64,000 nt of DNA from Octopus sinensis. Lineage: Eukaryota. Location of the stretch: positions 116,746,001 to 116,810,000 of the forward strand of contig NC_043003.1 in NCBI RefSeq assembly GCF_006345805.1. The letters are read 5' to 3'. The notes beneath the pieces were generated by a model, which saw only the letters and a list, made by a program, of their open reading frames with translations, was not told the origin of the DNA and did no database searches. Shown in pieces: positions 14,415-27,420 of the stretch. Numbering within the stretch: the stretch's first letter is position 1; each line of letters begins with the position of its first letter. Position numbers and translations under genes: made by a program.

Positions 14415-14575
14415 TTCCGATCAAAAAGGATCGTAAAACGGAAAGAAGAAGAAAAAAGAAAAAAGGGGAAAAACAAAAGAAAAAAACCAAAAAAAAAACC
14501 AAACGACCAATAGGGATCGTGTATCACAGTGTCATGATGTAAGATGTAAAGGGGGAAGCCTCCCGTGAAGGCGCT
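14322..14575 (-). mobile_element. Probable LINE 3' end abutting (TCTA)n
   Basis: AATAAA (14327-14332, minus) a few bases before the (TCTA)n tract; no coding sequence to confirm the clade. Confidence 0.35.
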
Positions 14576-15430
14576 AAACGCTTGTTTTTAGTTTTTGACG
14601 CAGTTAAAATTGTTTACTTAATATAATCCTTTCCACCACTCGATATAGAACTGCAGATACAAAAGAATGGGCTTATTCACAAGAAGTGAAGGACGATTAT
14701 TCATCTGTTTTAGAAAACCTGGTAATAATATAAATAAAATTATTAATTTATAAATGTCTGTAAGTCGATAGGAAGTAATTGAGAAACATAGAAGTGATTA
14801 AATTAATATGGAAAGACAAAAGATTGAATGTGTAATTATTCAATACTAAGAGTGTACGAAGATTACGATGAAAATATCATTTTTTTGGTAACATTTCTAA
14901 TACAGTAAGTAGTAACATTGGAATTAATTGAAAGACTCAAAACTGAAAACATAGTAAAATATATATTTTGAATGTTTTAACCGTAAAAGAAATATTTGTT
15001 TGTAGTTCGTTATAAAATCATGATATTGAATAAAAGTCTCAGAATGTAAAGAGTAAAAGTTTTAATATTTGGGAACTTCAAGAGAGGTTTCTCTATATCG
15101 ATATAAACCGAGAATTACTTATATATTAATATCGATGGTATAATGGTATTTTGTTCGAAGAGTGTGGGAAGTTAATTCCCTGCATAAATGATGTACATTA
15201 ATCGGAATCAATACGTTAGGTATCGATCTCTGTGTGTGTGTGTGTGTGGATGCACCTTCTCTTTTTAATTATTTAAATTCTTCCCCCGAAGAAGATACTC
15301 TCTTCTAACAAAGATACAAAGCCCTATTCTTGGAATAAAGATACCAAAAGCACCATCATATTTTAAGGTTGAGCAAGGCGTGTCTCACGAACATACATCA
15401 CTAAATTATAACTCTATGTCTCTGATTCTC

Positions 15431-15601
15431 TCTTTTACTCTTTTACTTGTTTCAGTCATTTGACTGAGGCCATGCTGGAGCACCGCCTTTAGTCGAGCAA
15501 ATCGACCCCTGGACTTATTCTTTGTAAGCCCAGTACTTATTCTATCAGTCTCTTTTGCCGAACCGCTAAGTGATGGGGACGTAAACACACCAGCATCGAT
15601 T
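15431..15601 (-). mobile_element. 3' half of SINE family 1 (inverted relative to the 5' half)
   Basis: Reverse complement of the 3' half of the 22552-22954 copy. Confidence 0.85.
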
Positions 15602-15755
15602 GTGGTAAGTAGCTTGTTTACCAACCACATGGTTCCAGGTTCAGTCGCACTGCGTGGCATCTTGGGCAAGTGTCTTCTACTATAGCCCCGGGCCGACCAA
15701 TGCCTTGTGAGTGGATTTGGTAGACGGAAACTGAAAGAAGCCTGTCGTATATATG

Positions 15756-15786
<31 letters not shown>

Positions 15787-15820
15787 ATGTTTGTGTGTCT
15801 GTGTTTGTCTCCCTAGCATT
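15602..15820 (+). mobile_element. 5' half of SINE family 1
   Basis: Matches the 5' half of the 22552 and 56969 copies up to ccctagcatt. Confidence 0.85.
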
Positions 15821-15838
15821 TCAACCAGGGTTCCGCGG

Positions 15839-15933
15839 AACCTACACAACCTTTTTCTTCCCCTAAAAATGAAAAGCTCTACTTTGTAATCTGTCCCGAC
15901 TGTGTGCAGCCCTGTGTGGCTAATAAAGAAACA

Positions 15934-16019
<86 letters not shown>

Positions 16020-16118
16020 ATCCATATATGGATAAAAACTATAATAAACTCACTCACAACATTTGGATTGTGATATTTCGGAGGTCTTGTGTCTTTTAAT
16101 ACGTACTATATAAAATTT
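15839..16118. repeat. Right arm of the local inverted duplication
   Basis: Reverse complement of 14168-14414 with a longer (TATC)n tract. Confidence 0.9.
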
Positions 16119-16184
16119 ATTTTAAAAGCAGAGTCACATGAATGAATGTAAAAGTAAAAGGTTTTGAAGAACAATTGATTGGAT

Positions 16185-16396
16185 CAGTGCTTTTCAAACT
16201 TTTTGCTGGAGCGGAACCCCAAGGAAACATTTCATTGGCTCGAGGAACCCCTGTGCAATAATTTAATAGTCTTATGCACACATATCTGCACAGGAGAATT
16301 AAAAATTACTGCCGATTTTAGCAGTTTTGTAATTTCTTGCGGAACCCCTGGACTGTACTGGCGGAACCCTAAGGTTCCGCGGAACCCTGGTTGGAA
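16185..16396. mobile_element. hAT-like MITE with truncated right end
   Basis: Starts CAGTGCTTTTCAAACTTTTT, contains repeated GGAACCC; right TIR incomplete. Confidence 0.5.
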
Positions 16397-17052
16397 TGCT
16401 AGGGAGACACAATGCTAGGGAGACACCAGTGCTGACACCAACGTGCTTTCACCTCTTTTCGTCACTGAGCACCCCGAGAACAAACCTCGCACAAATTTTA
16501 CACATGTTTAAATCTTCAATAATGCTTCAGTGTACAGATGTCACACCAACAGCAAATTGTAAAGAATGTTCTAATATCCTGCCTCATCTCTTCCCTATCG
16601 CTCTTGAACCTCTTGTACCATCCAGATACGTGCCTCTACAGGGTAATCCAGAAGTAGTCTAGAGCACTTCATAAGTTTCTCTAGCATTTTGTCATAGAAC
16701 CATTAAACCTTATTGCATAGTGAGCTTTCAGACAGTATTCACGCCCCGATTGCATCCTACAAACTAGTCATCTTTGACTAGAAGTATTTAGTAGGGTGTG
16801 TTTAAAAGTGCCGTTACAGCCGTGCCCACCATAAACGTCGCTGGACCATCAAGTTGTTTCTAATAATGATATACTTAAATTACAAAAATCTAAGACGGTT
16901 ATAATTACCTCCCCACAAAAGTCTGAAGACTCCTGTAGTGTCCCTTGTATCAAGAATATTTAAATGTAGATTTTTAGGAGTTTGATAATGATTAAAACGG
17001 TTTTTGGTGACAGAAGTGTTTAACACATCTTATTTTTACGCATTACTCATAC

Positions 17053-17444
17053 CTTATGGAAGCACTCCGTCGGTTACGACGACGAGGGTTCCGGTTGATC
17101 CGAATCAACGGAACAGCCTGCTCGTGAAATTAACGTGTAAGTGGCTGAGCACTCCACAGACACGTGCACACTTAGCGTAGTTCTCGGGGATATTCAGCGT
17201 GACACAGAGAGTGACAAGGCCGGCCTCTTGAAATACAGGTACAACAGAAACAGGAAGTAAGAGTGAGAGAAAGTTGTGGTGAAAGAGTACAGCAGGGTCA
17301 CCACCATCCCCTGCCGGAGCCTCGTGGAGCTTTTAGGTGTTTTCGCTCAATAAACACTCACAACGCCCGGTCTGGGAATCGAAACCGCGATCCAATGACC
17401 GCGAGTCCGCTGCCCTAACCACTGAGCCATTGTGCTTCCACCTC
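17053..17444 (-). mobile_element. Full SINE family 3 copy
   Basis: tRNA-like head; 8-bp flanking duplication actcatac (17045-17052, 17445-17452). Confidence 0.9.
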
Positions 17445-17754
17445 ACTCATACATACATACATACAAGCTCTGTTGATGGTTGTCTCTCGTAGATCGACAA
17501 GGACGGTCCTGCAGTTTCTTGCAGAGCAACCTGCTAAAATGATTTGTTTCTTGCGATCAAATGTTTGATTACTCTCTCCTTGAACTCGACATTGTCTGAT
17601 GTACACCACGAGTTACGTGTCGAAGCGTTCGCAAAGCGACGACAGATGGAGTGCTTTGCTTGAGTACAAAACGCATCACCCGGTTCAGGAATTGAAACCA
17701 GCATCTTATGACCCTGAGTGCAACACCTTAGCCACTAGGCCATGTGCCGTCACC

Positions 17755-18102
17755 CATACATACATACATACACACACATACATGCATACATATATATACA
17801 TACATACATGCATACATACATACATACATACATATACATACATACATGCATACATACATACATACATACATACATACATACATGCATACATACATACAGG
17901 CATACATACATACATACATACACATACATACATACATACATACATACATACATACATGCATACATACATGCATACATACATACATGCATACATACATACA
18001 TGCATACATACATACATACATGCATACATACATACATGCATACATACATACAATCATACATATATACATACATACATGCATGCATACATGCATACATACA
18101 TG

Positions 18103-18134
<32 letters not shown>

Positions 18135-18215
18135 CATACATACATACATACATACATGCATACATACATACATTCATACATATATACATACATACATACA
18201 TACATACATACATAC

Positions 18216-18246
<31 letters not shown>

Positions 18247-18345
18247 CATGCATACATACATGCATACATACATACATACATACATACATGCATGCATACA
18301 TGCATACATACATACATGCATGCATACATGCATGCGTACGTACAT
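17755..18345. repeat. Compound (CATA)n/(CATG) microsatellite
   Basis: Direct reading. Confidence 0.97.
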
Positions 18346-18810
18346 AAAAATGAATAAAGGTGGAATGTGGCAGTGAAGACCTCAATAAAACGTAAGAAAA
18401 AGAGACCTGATATAATGATTTGGGATGAAGGAGAGAAACTGTGGACAGTTGTGGAAATTAGCGGCCCAGCAGATGATAATATAATGCTGGAGACCAGTGG
18501 AAAAGAGAAAACCTATGCTGAACTGTTAAGAAATCTGCAGTTACTCTATCCAGATTACAAGTTCAGGTTTACATCTGTAATTATTGGGGCCCTGGGATAT
18601 GTAACACACTGCCTAAATACCAATCTTGAGAAATTAGGCATCACAAAACCAGAAAGGAGAAAGCTGAATCGAAGACTACAGATCCAATCCATCACTGGAA
18701 CTGTAAAAATCTGGAAAGCTTTCTAGATGTTTATTATTTAAATATATATGTGTATGTCTAGATATGTAAATATACGCATGAGAATACATGCATAAAACAA
18801 AGCATAAAAA
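18346..18810 (+). mobile_element. 5'-truncated R4/Dong-type LINE: restriction-like endonuclease C-terminus and 3' UTR
   Basis: RPDIMIWD...VVEISGPADDN...KEKTYAEL...VIIGALG...LEKLG fits the RLE (PD..D..K-Y) domain; related copy at 25199-25435. Confidence 0.85.
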
Positions 18811-19213
18811 TGTGCACATATACATACATGCATACACATATACATACTTACATACATACACTCATGGTCCAATGAATGGGCCTTGGATTGAGATTAGAAA
18901 CCGCCTATTTCTTTATTGACAAGAAATTTTGAAATAAAACTGAATAATGACATACATACATATGCAAAAATACATCAAATAATATGTACTTATACATGTA
19001 TACCATGTGTATAAACACATATAAATACAAACGCACACATACACACATATATACATGTATATATGCAAAACACACACAAACACGCTCACGCTCTGAGATC
19101 GATAAAATAAGTACCAGTTGAGCTGCGCGGTCAATGTTATCGACCCCCTATCTTCACTCACAATATCTGGCCATTTGCCAAAATTTTAAACCAGTATGTA
19201 GTATTCATAATGT

Positions 19214-19595
19214 GTGGAGGCACAATGGCCCAGTGGTTAGGGCAGCGGACTCGCGGTCGTAGGATCGCGCTTTCGATTCCCAGACCGGGCATTGTGAGTG
19301 TTTATTGAGCGAAAACACCTAAAGCTTCACAAGGCTCCTGCAGGGGGTGGTGGTGAACCCTGCTGTACTCTTTCACCACAACGTTCTCTCATTCTTTCTT
19401 CCTGTTTCTGTTGTACCTGTATTTCAAAGGACCAGCCTTGTCACACTCTGTGTCACGCTGAATATCCCCGAGAACTACGTTAAGGGTACACGTGTCTGTG
19501 GAATGCTCAGCCACTTGCACGTTAATTCCACGAGCAAGCTGTTCCGTTGATCGTATCAGCTGGGACCCTCATCGTCGTAACCGACGGAGTGCTCC
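19214..19595 (+). mobile_element. Full SINE family 3 copy with 12-bp TSD
   Basis: tattcataatgt at 19202-19213 and 19596-19607; tRNA-like head. Confidence 0.92.
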
Positions 19596-20215
19596 TATTC
19601 ATAATGTAGCAAAAAACTAACTGAATACAGGACGCAATTTTGTGTGTAGTATTCAGTTTTCCTTCTTTCATGATTGACGTTTATAGTGTGTGATTGTAAG
19701 GGAGCTTCAAAGGAACGTAGTTATTAATAAAGTTGGTTTCATTTAAAGATAATATCTATGAAAACTATAAAGAAGTAACAAACTTAATGCTTGAAGCAGC
19801 AGCATTAAATATTTTATTCACGCGGATACTGACTTATTGAATTTATTTAGATAAAGGCGTTTACAAGAAAGGATATATTTTATTAACATAGTGATTTTAG
19901 ATATATGTAAAATGGTAAAACATTGACGGGAAATAGATGGCAAAACTTAAGTGGAGTGAGAGAAATTCCAACCACGATTCGTGGTTCGCTACCTCAACTG
20001 CTCCTTAATAGGATCTAGTTGCTAAGGACGTCATCAGGAGGAACTACGTCTGGTTTTAGCCCTACCCCTCTAACGTTTTAGAGCGCCTCTGCCCGCTCTA
20101 TCGAAGGTGTCTTCAGTTCTGGTGTTAAGTGCGTTGCTTTCTTTTTTCTTTGGCCTTTTCTTCTTTGGTGTCATCGATGCAGCGACAACGAATTGCCAAA
20201 TCTCCCTTTAAATAC

Positions 20216-20447
20216 ATATTTCTTTATTACCCACAAGGGGCTAAACAAAGAGGGGACAAACAAGGACAGACATAGGTATTAAGTCGATTACATAGACCCC
20301 AGTACGCAACTGGTACTTAATTTATCGACCCCGAAAGGATGAAAGGCAAAGTCGACCTCGGCGGAATTTGAACTCACAACGTAACGCAGACGAAATACCG
20401 CTAAGCATTTCGCCCGGCGTGCTAACGTTTCTGCCAGATCGCCGCCC
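20216..20447 (-). mobile_element. SINE family 2 copy
   Basis: Family match; ttaaatac duplicated at 20208-20215 and 20448-20455. Confidence 0.9.
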
Positions 20448-20892
20448 TTAAATACCGGCAGGATGGGCGCCAACATCTGGCGCCAATTAGCTGACACGTG
20501 ACAGCGAAAATTAAGAATGTTTGCAAAGTGAATTTTATTTAGCATCAAGATATTTAGCATCAAGATATTTAATAATGTAAATAAACGGAAAATATTAAAC
20601 CTTTAAATGGTTTAGTAAATATTGCGAGGCTTTTATTTTTGAAGATTGATTAAGCGACAATATATATAAGTTTATGTGAAATTAGAAAAAAAATATTATT
20701 TACTAGTGTATAAGTCAAACGGAATTTACTCCCCAAAGTGCGTTCCTTTATATATATAAAATTATAAATGTTTAACAGAAAGAAAACTTAATATTTTAAG
20801 TGGAATGATTCAGCCGAGGTCGACTTTGCCTTTCATTTTTTCAATTGAGCACTTGAAACTACGAGCTTTGCGCCAATATCTGAAACAAATAT

Positions 20893-21109
20893 GGCGGTGA
20901 GCTGGCAGAAACGTTAGCACGCCGGGCGAAATGCTTAGCGGTATTTTGTCTGTCTTTTGGTTCTGAGTTCAAATTCCGCTGAGGTCTAATTTACCTTTCA
21001 TCCTTTCGGGGACGACAAATGAAGTACCAGTTGCGTACAGGTGTCGATCTCATCGACTGGCCCTCTCTCCCACAATTCGGGCCTTGTGCCTAGAGTAAAA
21101 AAGAAGATT
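20893..21109 (+). mobile_element. SINE family 2 variant with a different tail
   Basis: 12-bp TSD tgaaacaaatat (20881-20892, 21110-21121). Confidence 0.85.
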
Positions 21110-22008
21110 TGAAACAAATATCTTAAGTAGATTGGTTAAATAGAACATATTTATACAGAGTGAGGGATTTGGAATAGCGGGTAGAAAAATTTTAGTTTAA
21201 AGCGAGACAAAATATATTAATTTCAATATAGTTTTTGCTGATAAAAAGTTATTGATAAGTAAAATAAAAAGCATATATTTTTAAAAGAAATAGACAGTAT
21301 TCAGTTATATATAAAAACATATGACATTTCTTGAGACGAGCAATCAATACGTTAGAGAAACTGAAATATTTTTTTCAAAAGAGGCTGTGAAAACAGCTTC
21401 ACATAAAGAGCTCCGAAATGAAAGTACCTTACTTTTTGTTATGTGGAAATCTATAAATATTTAAATGAATACAATTTGAATACTTTACGCAGAAGGAAAT
21501 ATTTGTTTTTGATGATTCACAGTGAAAGAGCCAAGATTTTTTTATTTTTCTTTGAATGCCGCTCTAAATGGATGGTTTTAATTATTACTAAAATCATAAA
21601 ATGTCAACTAAAGAAAGAATGCGATCACTTACGGACATTGAAACGATTATTATTTCAATTTGGACGACAAATATATTAGTTTATAGTTTATTTTAATCGT
21701 ATGCTAACTAGAAAAGTGATTAATCATTAATGTATAAGCTTATGTCTGCAAAAAATTTAATTCGTTCAATGCATTGAAATTTACTTGCTCATGATCGACA
21801 ACGAATATAATCAAAGTTATTCTGTTTTTTTCTTTAAAATGAGTATAAATGTATTGATATAAATGTTTTAGTTTAAGCACGGACGTATTCTCTGACTAAA
21901 AACTCAAATCGTCAATCGGCGTAAAATATTAAATTTTTATCAGATGTTCGTCAACATAGAACTTTCTGCTAATAAAATGTTCTCAATCAAAAATGGTTTT
22001 TCAATTAA

Positions 22009-22013
<5 letters not shown>

Positions 22014-22078
<65 letters not shown>

Positions 22079-22092
22079 TAATAATGATGATG

Positions 22093-22125
<33 letters not shown>

Positions 22126-22226
22126 GTAATAATAATAATAATAATAATGATAATAATGATGATAATAATAATAATGATAATAATAATAATGATAATAATA
22201 ATAATAATAATAATAATAGTAATAAT

Positions 22227-22263
<37 letters not shown>
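22014..22263. repeat. (AAT)n microsatellite with GAT/AGT variants
   Basis: Direct reading. Confidence 0.97.
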
Positions 22264-22266
<3 letters not shown>

Positions 22267-22551
22267 TTACAAATTATTGACTAAATACATTCATAAATGT
22301 AGGTAAAAAATGTTTATTTTAAAAGTACTTATATTTATATATTTAAATACTTATACCCAGCTGTTCAATTTAAGTAGATATAAATTATGTAAATTATTAA
22401 AATTACATCATTTACAAATTAGTCTCTCTAACTCAAATGAATCTGTTTTTTAAACATATATTTCCAAGTAATATGATAACGTGAGGTATAAAATTCATAA
22501 AAGATTCAACTCAAGAAGTTTTGAAATGATTTTATTTGCTGAATATTGATA

Positions 22552-22954
22552 GGCGCAGGTGTGGCTGTGTGGTAAGTAGTTTGCTTACCAACCACATGGT
22601 TCCGGGTTCAGTCCCACTGCGTGTCACCTTTTGCAAGTGATTTCTACTATAGCCTCGGGCCGACCAAAGCCTTGTGAGTGGATTTGGTTGACGGAAACTG
22701 AAAGAAGCCTGTCGTATATATATATGTTTCTGTGTGCATATGTTTGTGTGTCTGTATTTGTCCCCCCAACGTCGCTTGACAACCGATACTGTTGTGTTTA
22801 TGTCCCCGTAACTTAGCGGTTCGGTAAAACAGACCGATAGAATAAGTACTAGGCTTACAAAGAATAAGTCCCGGGGTAGATTTGCTCGACTAAAGGCGGT
22901 GCTCCAGCATGGCCGCAGTCAAATGACTGAAACAAATAGAAAAGTAAAAAGAGT
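22552..22954 (+). mobile_element. Full SINE family 1 copy
   Basis: tRNA-like head (ggttcagtccc), internal (TA/TG)n, A-rich tail; copies at 15431-15820 and 56969. Confidence 0.9.
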
Positions 22955-23038
22955 GAAGTTATGCGATTTGTGTCTTAGGTATTCTTTATCGAGAGATGAT
23001 TATTAAATAACTGGATGTATGAATGGGTGGGTGGGTGT

Positions 23039-23071
<33 letters not shown>

Positions 23072-23072
<1 letters not shown>

Positions 23073-23126
23073 ATTCCAATTCTAAAGGGTCGAAACAAAC
23101 CTGAGTAATGCCGGGTGATACTGCTA

Positions 23127-23160
<34 letters not shown>

Positions 23161-23215
23161 TAGCAGTATCACCCGGCATTACTCAGGTTTGTTTCGACCC
23201 TTTAGAATTGGAATT
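23072..23215. repeat. Perfect 144-bp palindrome centred on (TA)n
   Basis: Base-by-base reverse-complement symmetry about 23143/23144. Confidence 0.95.
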
Positions 23216-23554
23216 TTTGAAAAGTAAAAATTTTGCATTATGTAGCTTGTTATTCTCTCTTTAAGTGTACATTCTTCTGGTTGAAATACACCGAAAACTG
23301 GCGACACAGCTGTAAAAAAATATTAAAAAATAGGGATTTTCGTAGAAAAAAAACACCTTTTTAATGTAAATAATTTTTGGTGTTAACATGGTCCGATTTG
23401 AATTTTTTCTTCTATGCAAGGAAGTGCAAGCCTTCTTCTAACATACTTTCAATTTTGGTAAACTTGCGCCGCAGGGTCTCGGAGGAGATAATGTTAGTTG
23501 AAGGCTACCAAACCTGCCATACCCAGACAACTTCAGTTTTATATATAGAGAGAT
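23159..23554 (+). mobile_element. Helitron/Helentron-like non-autonomous element
   Basis: 5' ACTAGCAGTATCRCCCGGC and 3' acaactt..(t)tttatata..gat ends shared with 63506-63903; no TSD. Confidence 0.55.
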
Positions 23555-24439
23555 GTATATGCACATTATATAAGCATGGTGATATGATAGTAAACAGATC
23601 AACATAAAGACGGATAGTTACATAGGTTATATGAAAAGACAAGCACACATACGCAAATGAAGACTGAAACACATGACCGTATATACACACACACTTTACC
23701 TCACACAAGGACACATATAGAGACACACGTCCACAACTATGGAGAAGCACATCCATACATACAAGCACGGTATATAGTTGCAAAACACACACACTCAGAC
23801 ATGCACATACAAGGAGGCAGAAGTACACACACACATATACAAACACACACACACGCACACACATATACATAAAAGCACACAAACATGAACATGCAAACAC
23901 ATGAATATGCAGGATACATATATACAAATGTAAACATATAAATACATACATATGCGCACACACATATACATGCATACACACACATGGATACATACATACA
24001 TACATGTATGCATGTATAGGCACACACACACTGACCCACCGACACACATGCACACAAACAAAAAAGAACGCAGTGTGAGTAATGGACAGAGTCAGAACTA
24101 TTGAAAAGGTTGCAAGACTCAACGAAATTTTAGGAAAATAAAAAAGAAATAAGTGGAAATTTTACCGATGAGTGTGTTAAATTATAAGGCACCAAAAGAG
24201 AATGACTCTCCCCAGACACAACAAAACAACTAGATGTTCTCAGTTATATAGGAATCAATAAAACATTAAGTAAAACATTCAAAACAAGTGTAAAGATGGA
24301 GTTTAAAAATCAAGTTGATTTTGAAATAGCCATGAACCCAAAGATTTATTGCTACACATATACTTTAATTGGATATATTATGCCATAATCTTAACTGATT
24401 ATACGAGTCCGTCTGTTAATTAGAGCGGAACACTTCCAT

Positions 24440-25198
24440 TTTGAAAATTATCCCAGAACCTTTCATATTTCAACCGAAATACGGAAGTAGGTTAAAAATA
24501 AGTATGTATTCGCGTGACTTGTTTGGGCATTATTCCAGGTTATCAGACAAAGAGTGTTGCTCAAGGAGCTGCCTGCCAAGTCGTATGATGTTATCAGCAT
24601 CATGAATGCAAATTTGGACAAGAAAGCACTTAGACGCTTTGTGGTTAGAAGATGTTGCCGAAGGGATACGATGCGACATTTAAAGGCATTTTGGATTGAT
24701 GTTAAGCCTGCGCCGCGTTGTTTTCGTTTTAGGTAGCGTCGGTCTAGGTCACTGTTCATTTGGAAATTATGTTGCATATTATTATTTTTCGGCTTTTCAC
24801 TTCAATGACTCGGATCTTATCAAGCGTCCAATCAAACAGTCCAAATGTTGGTATGAGTACTGGCTCTGCAAACACATTCTGGGCCACTGTTTTATTGAAT
24901 GGAGAGTGTTCTGAGGTCCAATTTTCATTTATCGGCTGTAACATTTTTTAGCGACACCCGTTTTGTTACAGGTGCCATTGTTAGATATATTTTCATCCAC
25001 CCCTAGATACCTGTAACATTCCTCGTCAGATACAGAGGAAAGAGTCAAATCATCCATAGAAATATTTATAGACTGATTTATAATTTTCCCCCTTTTCACA
25101 ACCATATAACAACATTTATCCTGAATCAAACTCCAACCCTACATACTTTGAGAATATTGTAGCTACGTCAGGGCTCTTTTTCATCGCATGCATAATCT
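24440..25198 (-). mobile_element. R4/Dong-type RT fragment (degraded)
   Basis: FSKYVGLEF...DKCCYMVVKRGK...YRYLG...FGLFDWT...DRRYLKRKQRGAGL match R4-clade RT C-terminal motifs. Confidence 0.8.
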
Positions 25199-25435
25199 TT
25201 GCATAAAGTTTTAAGTATTTCTGTATATGTGTATATATATGAAGATTTGTATGGCTTATGTATGTATTCTCATGCATATAGTTACATATCTAGACATGCT
25301 CTTATATATTTAAATGATAAACTTCTGGAAACTTTTACAGATCTTTACAGTTCCAGTGAGGGATTGGATCTGTACTCTTAGAATTAGTGTTCGCCTTCCT
25401 CGTTTTGAGAAACCCAATTTCTCAAGATTGGTATT
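25199..25435 (-). mobile_element. R4/Dong-type 3' end
   Basis: NTNLEKLGFSK...QIQSLTGTVKIC plus 3' UTR homologous to 18615-18800. Confidence 0.85.
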
Positions 25436-26068
25436 GTATGTATGCATGTATGTATGTATGTATGCATGTATGTATGTATGTATGTATGTATGTTAATGTA
25501 TGACTTTGCAGTCTACAAAATACAGCAAGAGCCATTGGAGCATCATGTTTGTGATGAAATAGAGCAACGTTTAATATTACTTTTTGTAACGTATACATGC
25601 TCAGAAACACACCGACATGTACGTATACACAAACACACAAATATTTATATATATGTGTTTGCTGGTGTGTATGGGTGTTGAACTGTGTCTCTTACATACT
25701 TACACACAAACATAAATTTACGTCTATATTTATTTTGAATGTCTTTATGAAGCTATATACTTTGATTGATACCTTTAACATTATGAAGCAATTAACGGTC
25801 TGACAAGAAGTGTGAGGAGAAAAAGAGTGTGCGGACGAAAATAGCTCTGTCAACCCACCCATTTATAATTAGTAGCGCAATAAATCGAGACAAGAAATGT
25901 AATTACCAGCAACAAAAAATAGAAAGAGAAATCAATAGAAACAGCAGAAAAATATAATATCAATCACAATATAAACTGCTTTCCGAGCATATACCCACAC
26001 ACATATATATTTATAAGTGCGCGTGTGTATAGTTATCATATAGATGCATGCATAACATATATATAGAT

Positions 26069-26186
26069 ATTAAGTACCCCAAATATATCCAGAATAGAAA
26101 CTTTACGAGAGTCTTTTAGTTCGAATCGCACGTGTCTCGAGATGGGCTAGAGAGTTTCTATTCTGGATATATTTGGGGTACTTAAT
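26069..26186. repeat. 34-bp perfect inverted repeat around a 50-bp spacer (mini-MITE-like)
   Basis: attaagtaccccaaatatatccagaatagaaact (26069-26102) and its reverse complement (26153-26186). Confidence 0.85.
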
Positions 26187-26545
26187 TGTTCTCATGACTT
26201 AGTGCTCGCTTCTTCCATGGGTATAAGTAAGTATTTCACTTATTTCTTTGCCGCATTTATCACTGATGAAGCGAAGGTTCTTATGAACTAACTCTGAAAT
26301 CGGGTTCGATATGGTAATAACGGGATGTTTTAGAAATTTCTGCCGGCTTTCTTCGAAACGCGTGCTTGTGGTGATAAATTACATGGTTTTTGATGTTGTG
26401 TCTATTTTCGGCATATTTTGGCATTAGAATTTTATTTCTATTTTGCCCTTACTTATACATTGCTTATGAATATAACCTTTAAAACTATTTTTTAATATGC
26501 TGGCCATTGATAAAATTTTTTTAGAAAAATGTTATTCTACATTAA

Positions 26546-26584
<39 letters not shown>

Positions 26585-27159
26585 TTATTTCATTTATTAA
26601 TATATTATATGACTAAACGCACGCACCCTCTTAAGTAAGATTGTTCTGTATATCAAGTTTTTGTCTTGATATTAACTCTCACGCGCACTCTTCACCTTTC
26701 TGTCCCATCCCTATTCTTTGATTTTCTTTTTCCCCCACTTAACTTGTCTCTTCTTCTCTCTCTCTCTCATTCTTCACTCTCTCTCTCTCCCCCTCACCAT
26801 TCTTCATGGTCTCTTTGCAGCCTTTCCCCTTCTTCTCTCCCTTCCTCTTGCTCCTCCTCCCCCCTCCCGTCGTCCACCCGCGACGATACTTCCGCCCTGA
26901 CTGTCTTTTTGGCCTGGCCTTCAAGGTAACTGGACGACATTCTTCTGCTCTCCTGTCGTTCACAAAAATTCTGCGTTGCAATACTTTTTTCGTTCGGCGT
27001 CAACAGCCCTTCTTATCTTGTTTTTCCCTGTCCTGTCTTTTACTGTTTATTTTTTTACTGTTTATATTTTTTACTGTTTATTTTTTTACTGTTTATATTT
27101 TTGTACTGTCGTTACTGTCCTGTTTTTTTTAACCATTTTTTAACCATTTTTTTACCCCT

Positions 27160-27420
27160 CTGCGAAAAGATCTCAGAATTTTAATTGATTTGCTTTTCGC
27201 AGGAAGGAAGTTTCTTGTCGAAGATACGTCTCGCTTTTATCCTTCGAAACGTAGAGTAGATGAAACCTTAGCGACTGAAGAAGGGGTTTTTCGTTGTGTT
27301 AATTGTCCTGTACTCCATTTTTTTGTTGTTTTTAAAAAAATGTCCAGTTCCTTTGGTTTGTGTCTATGTTTTCGTTTCTCTTTGTGTTCGACGTCCCTTT
27401 GGTGTCCTGTACTCATATAT
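27160..27420 (+). mobile_element. Possible PLE 3' remnant with decayed hammerhead halves
   Basis: Frameshifted KRS...RKFL (PLE endonuclease end), then CTTCGAAACGTAGAG and CTGAAGAAGG; ends near microsatellite. Confidence 0.35.
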
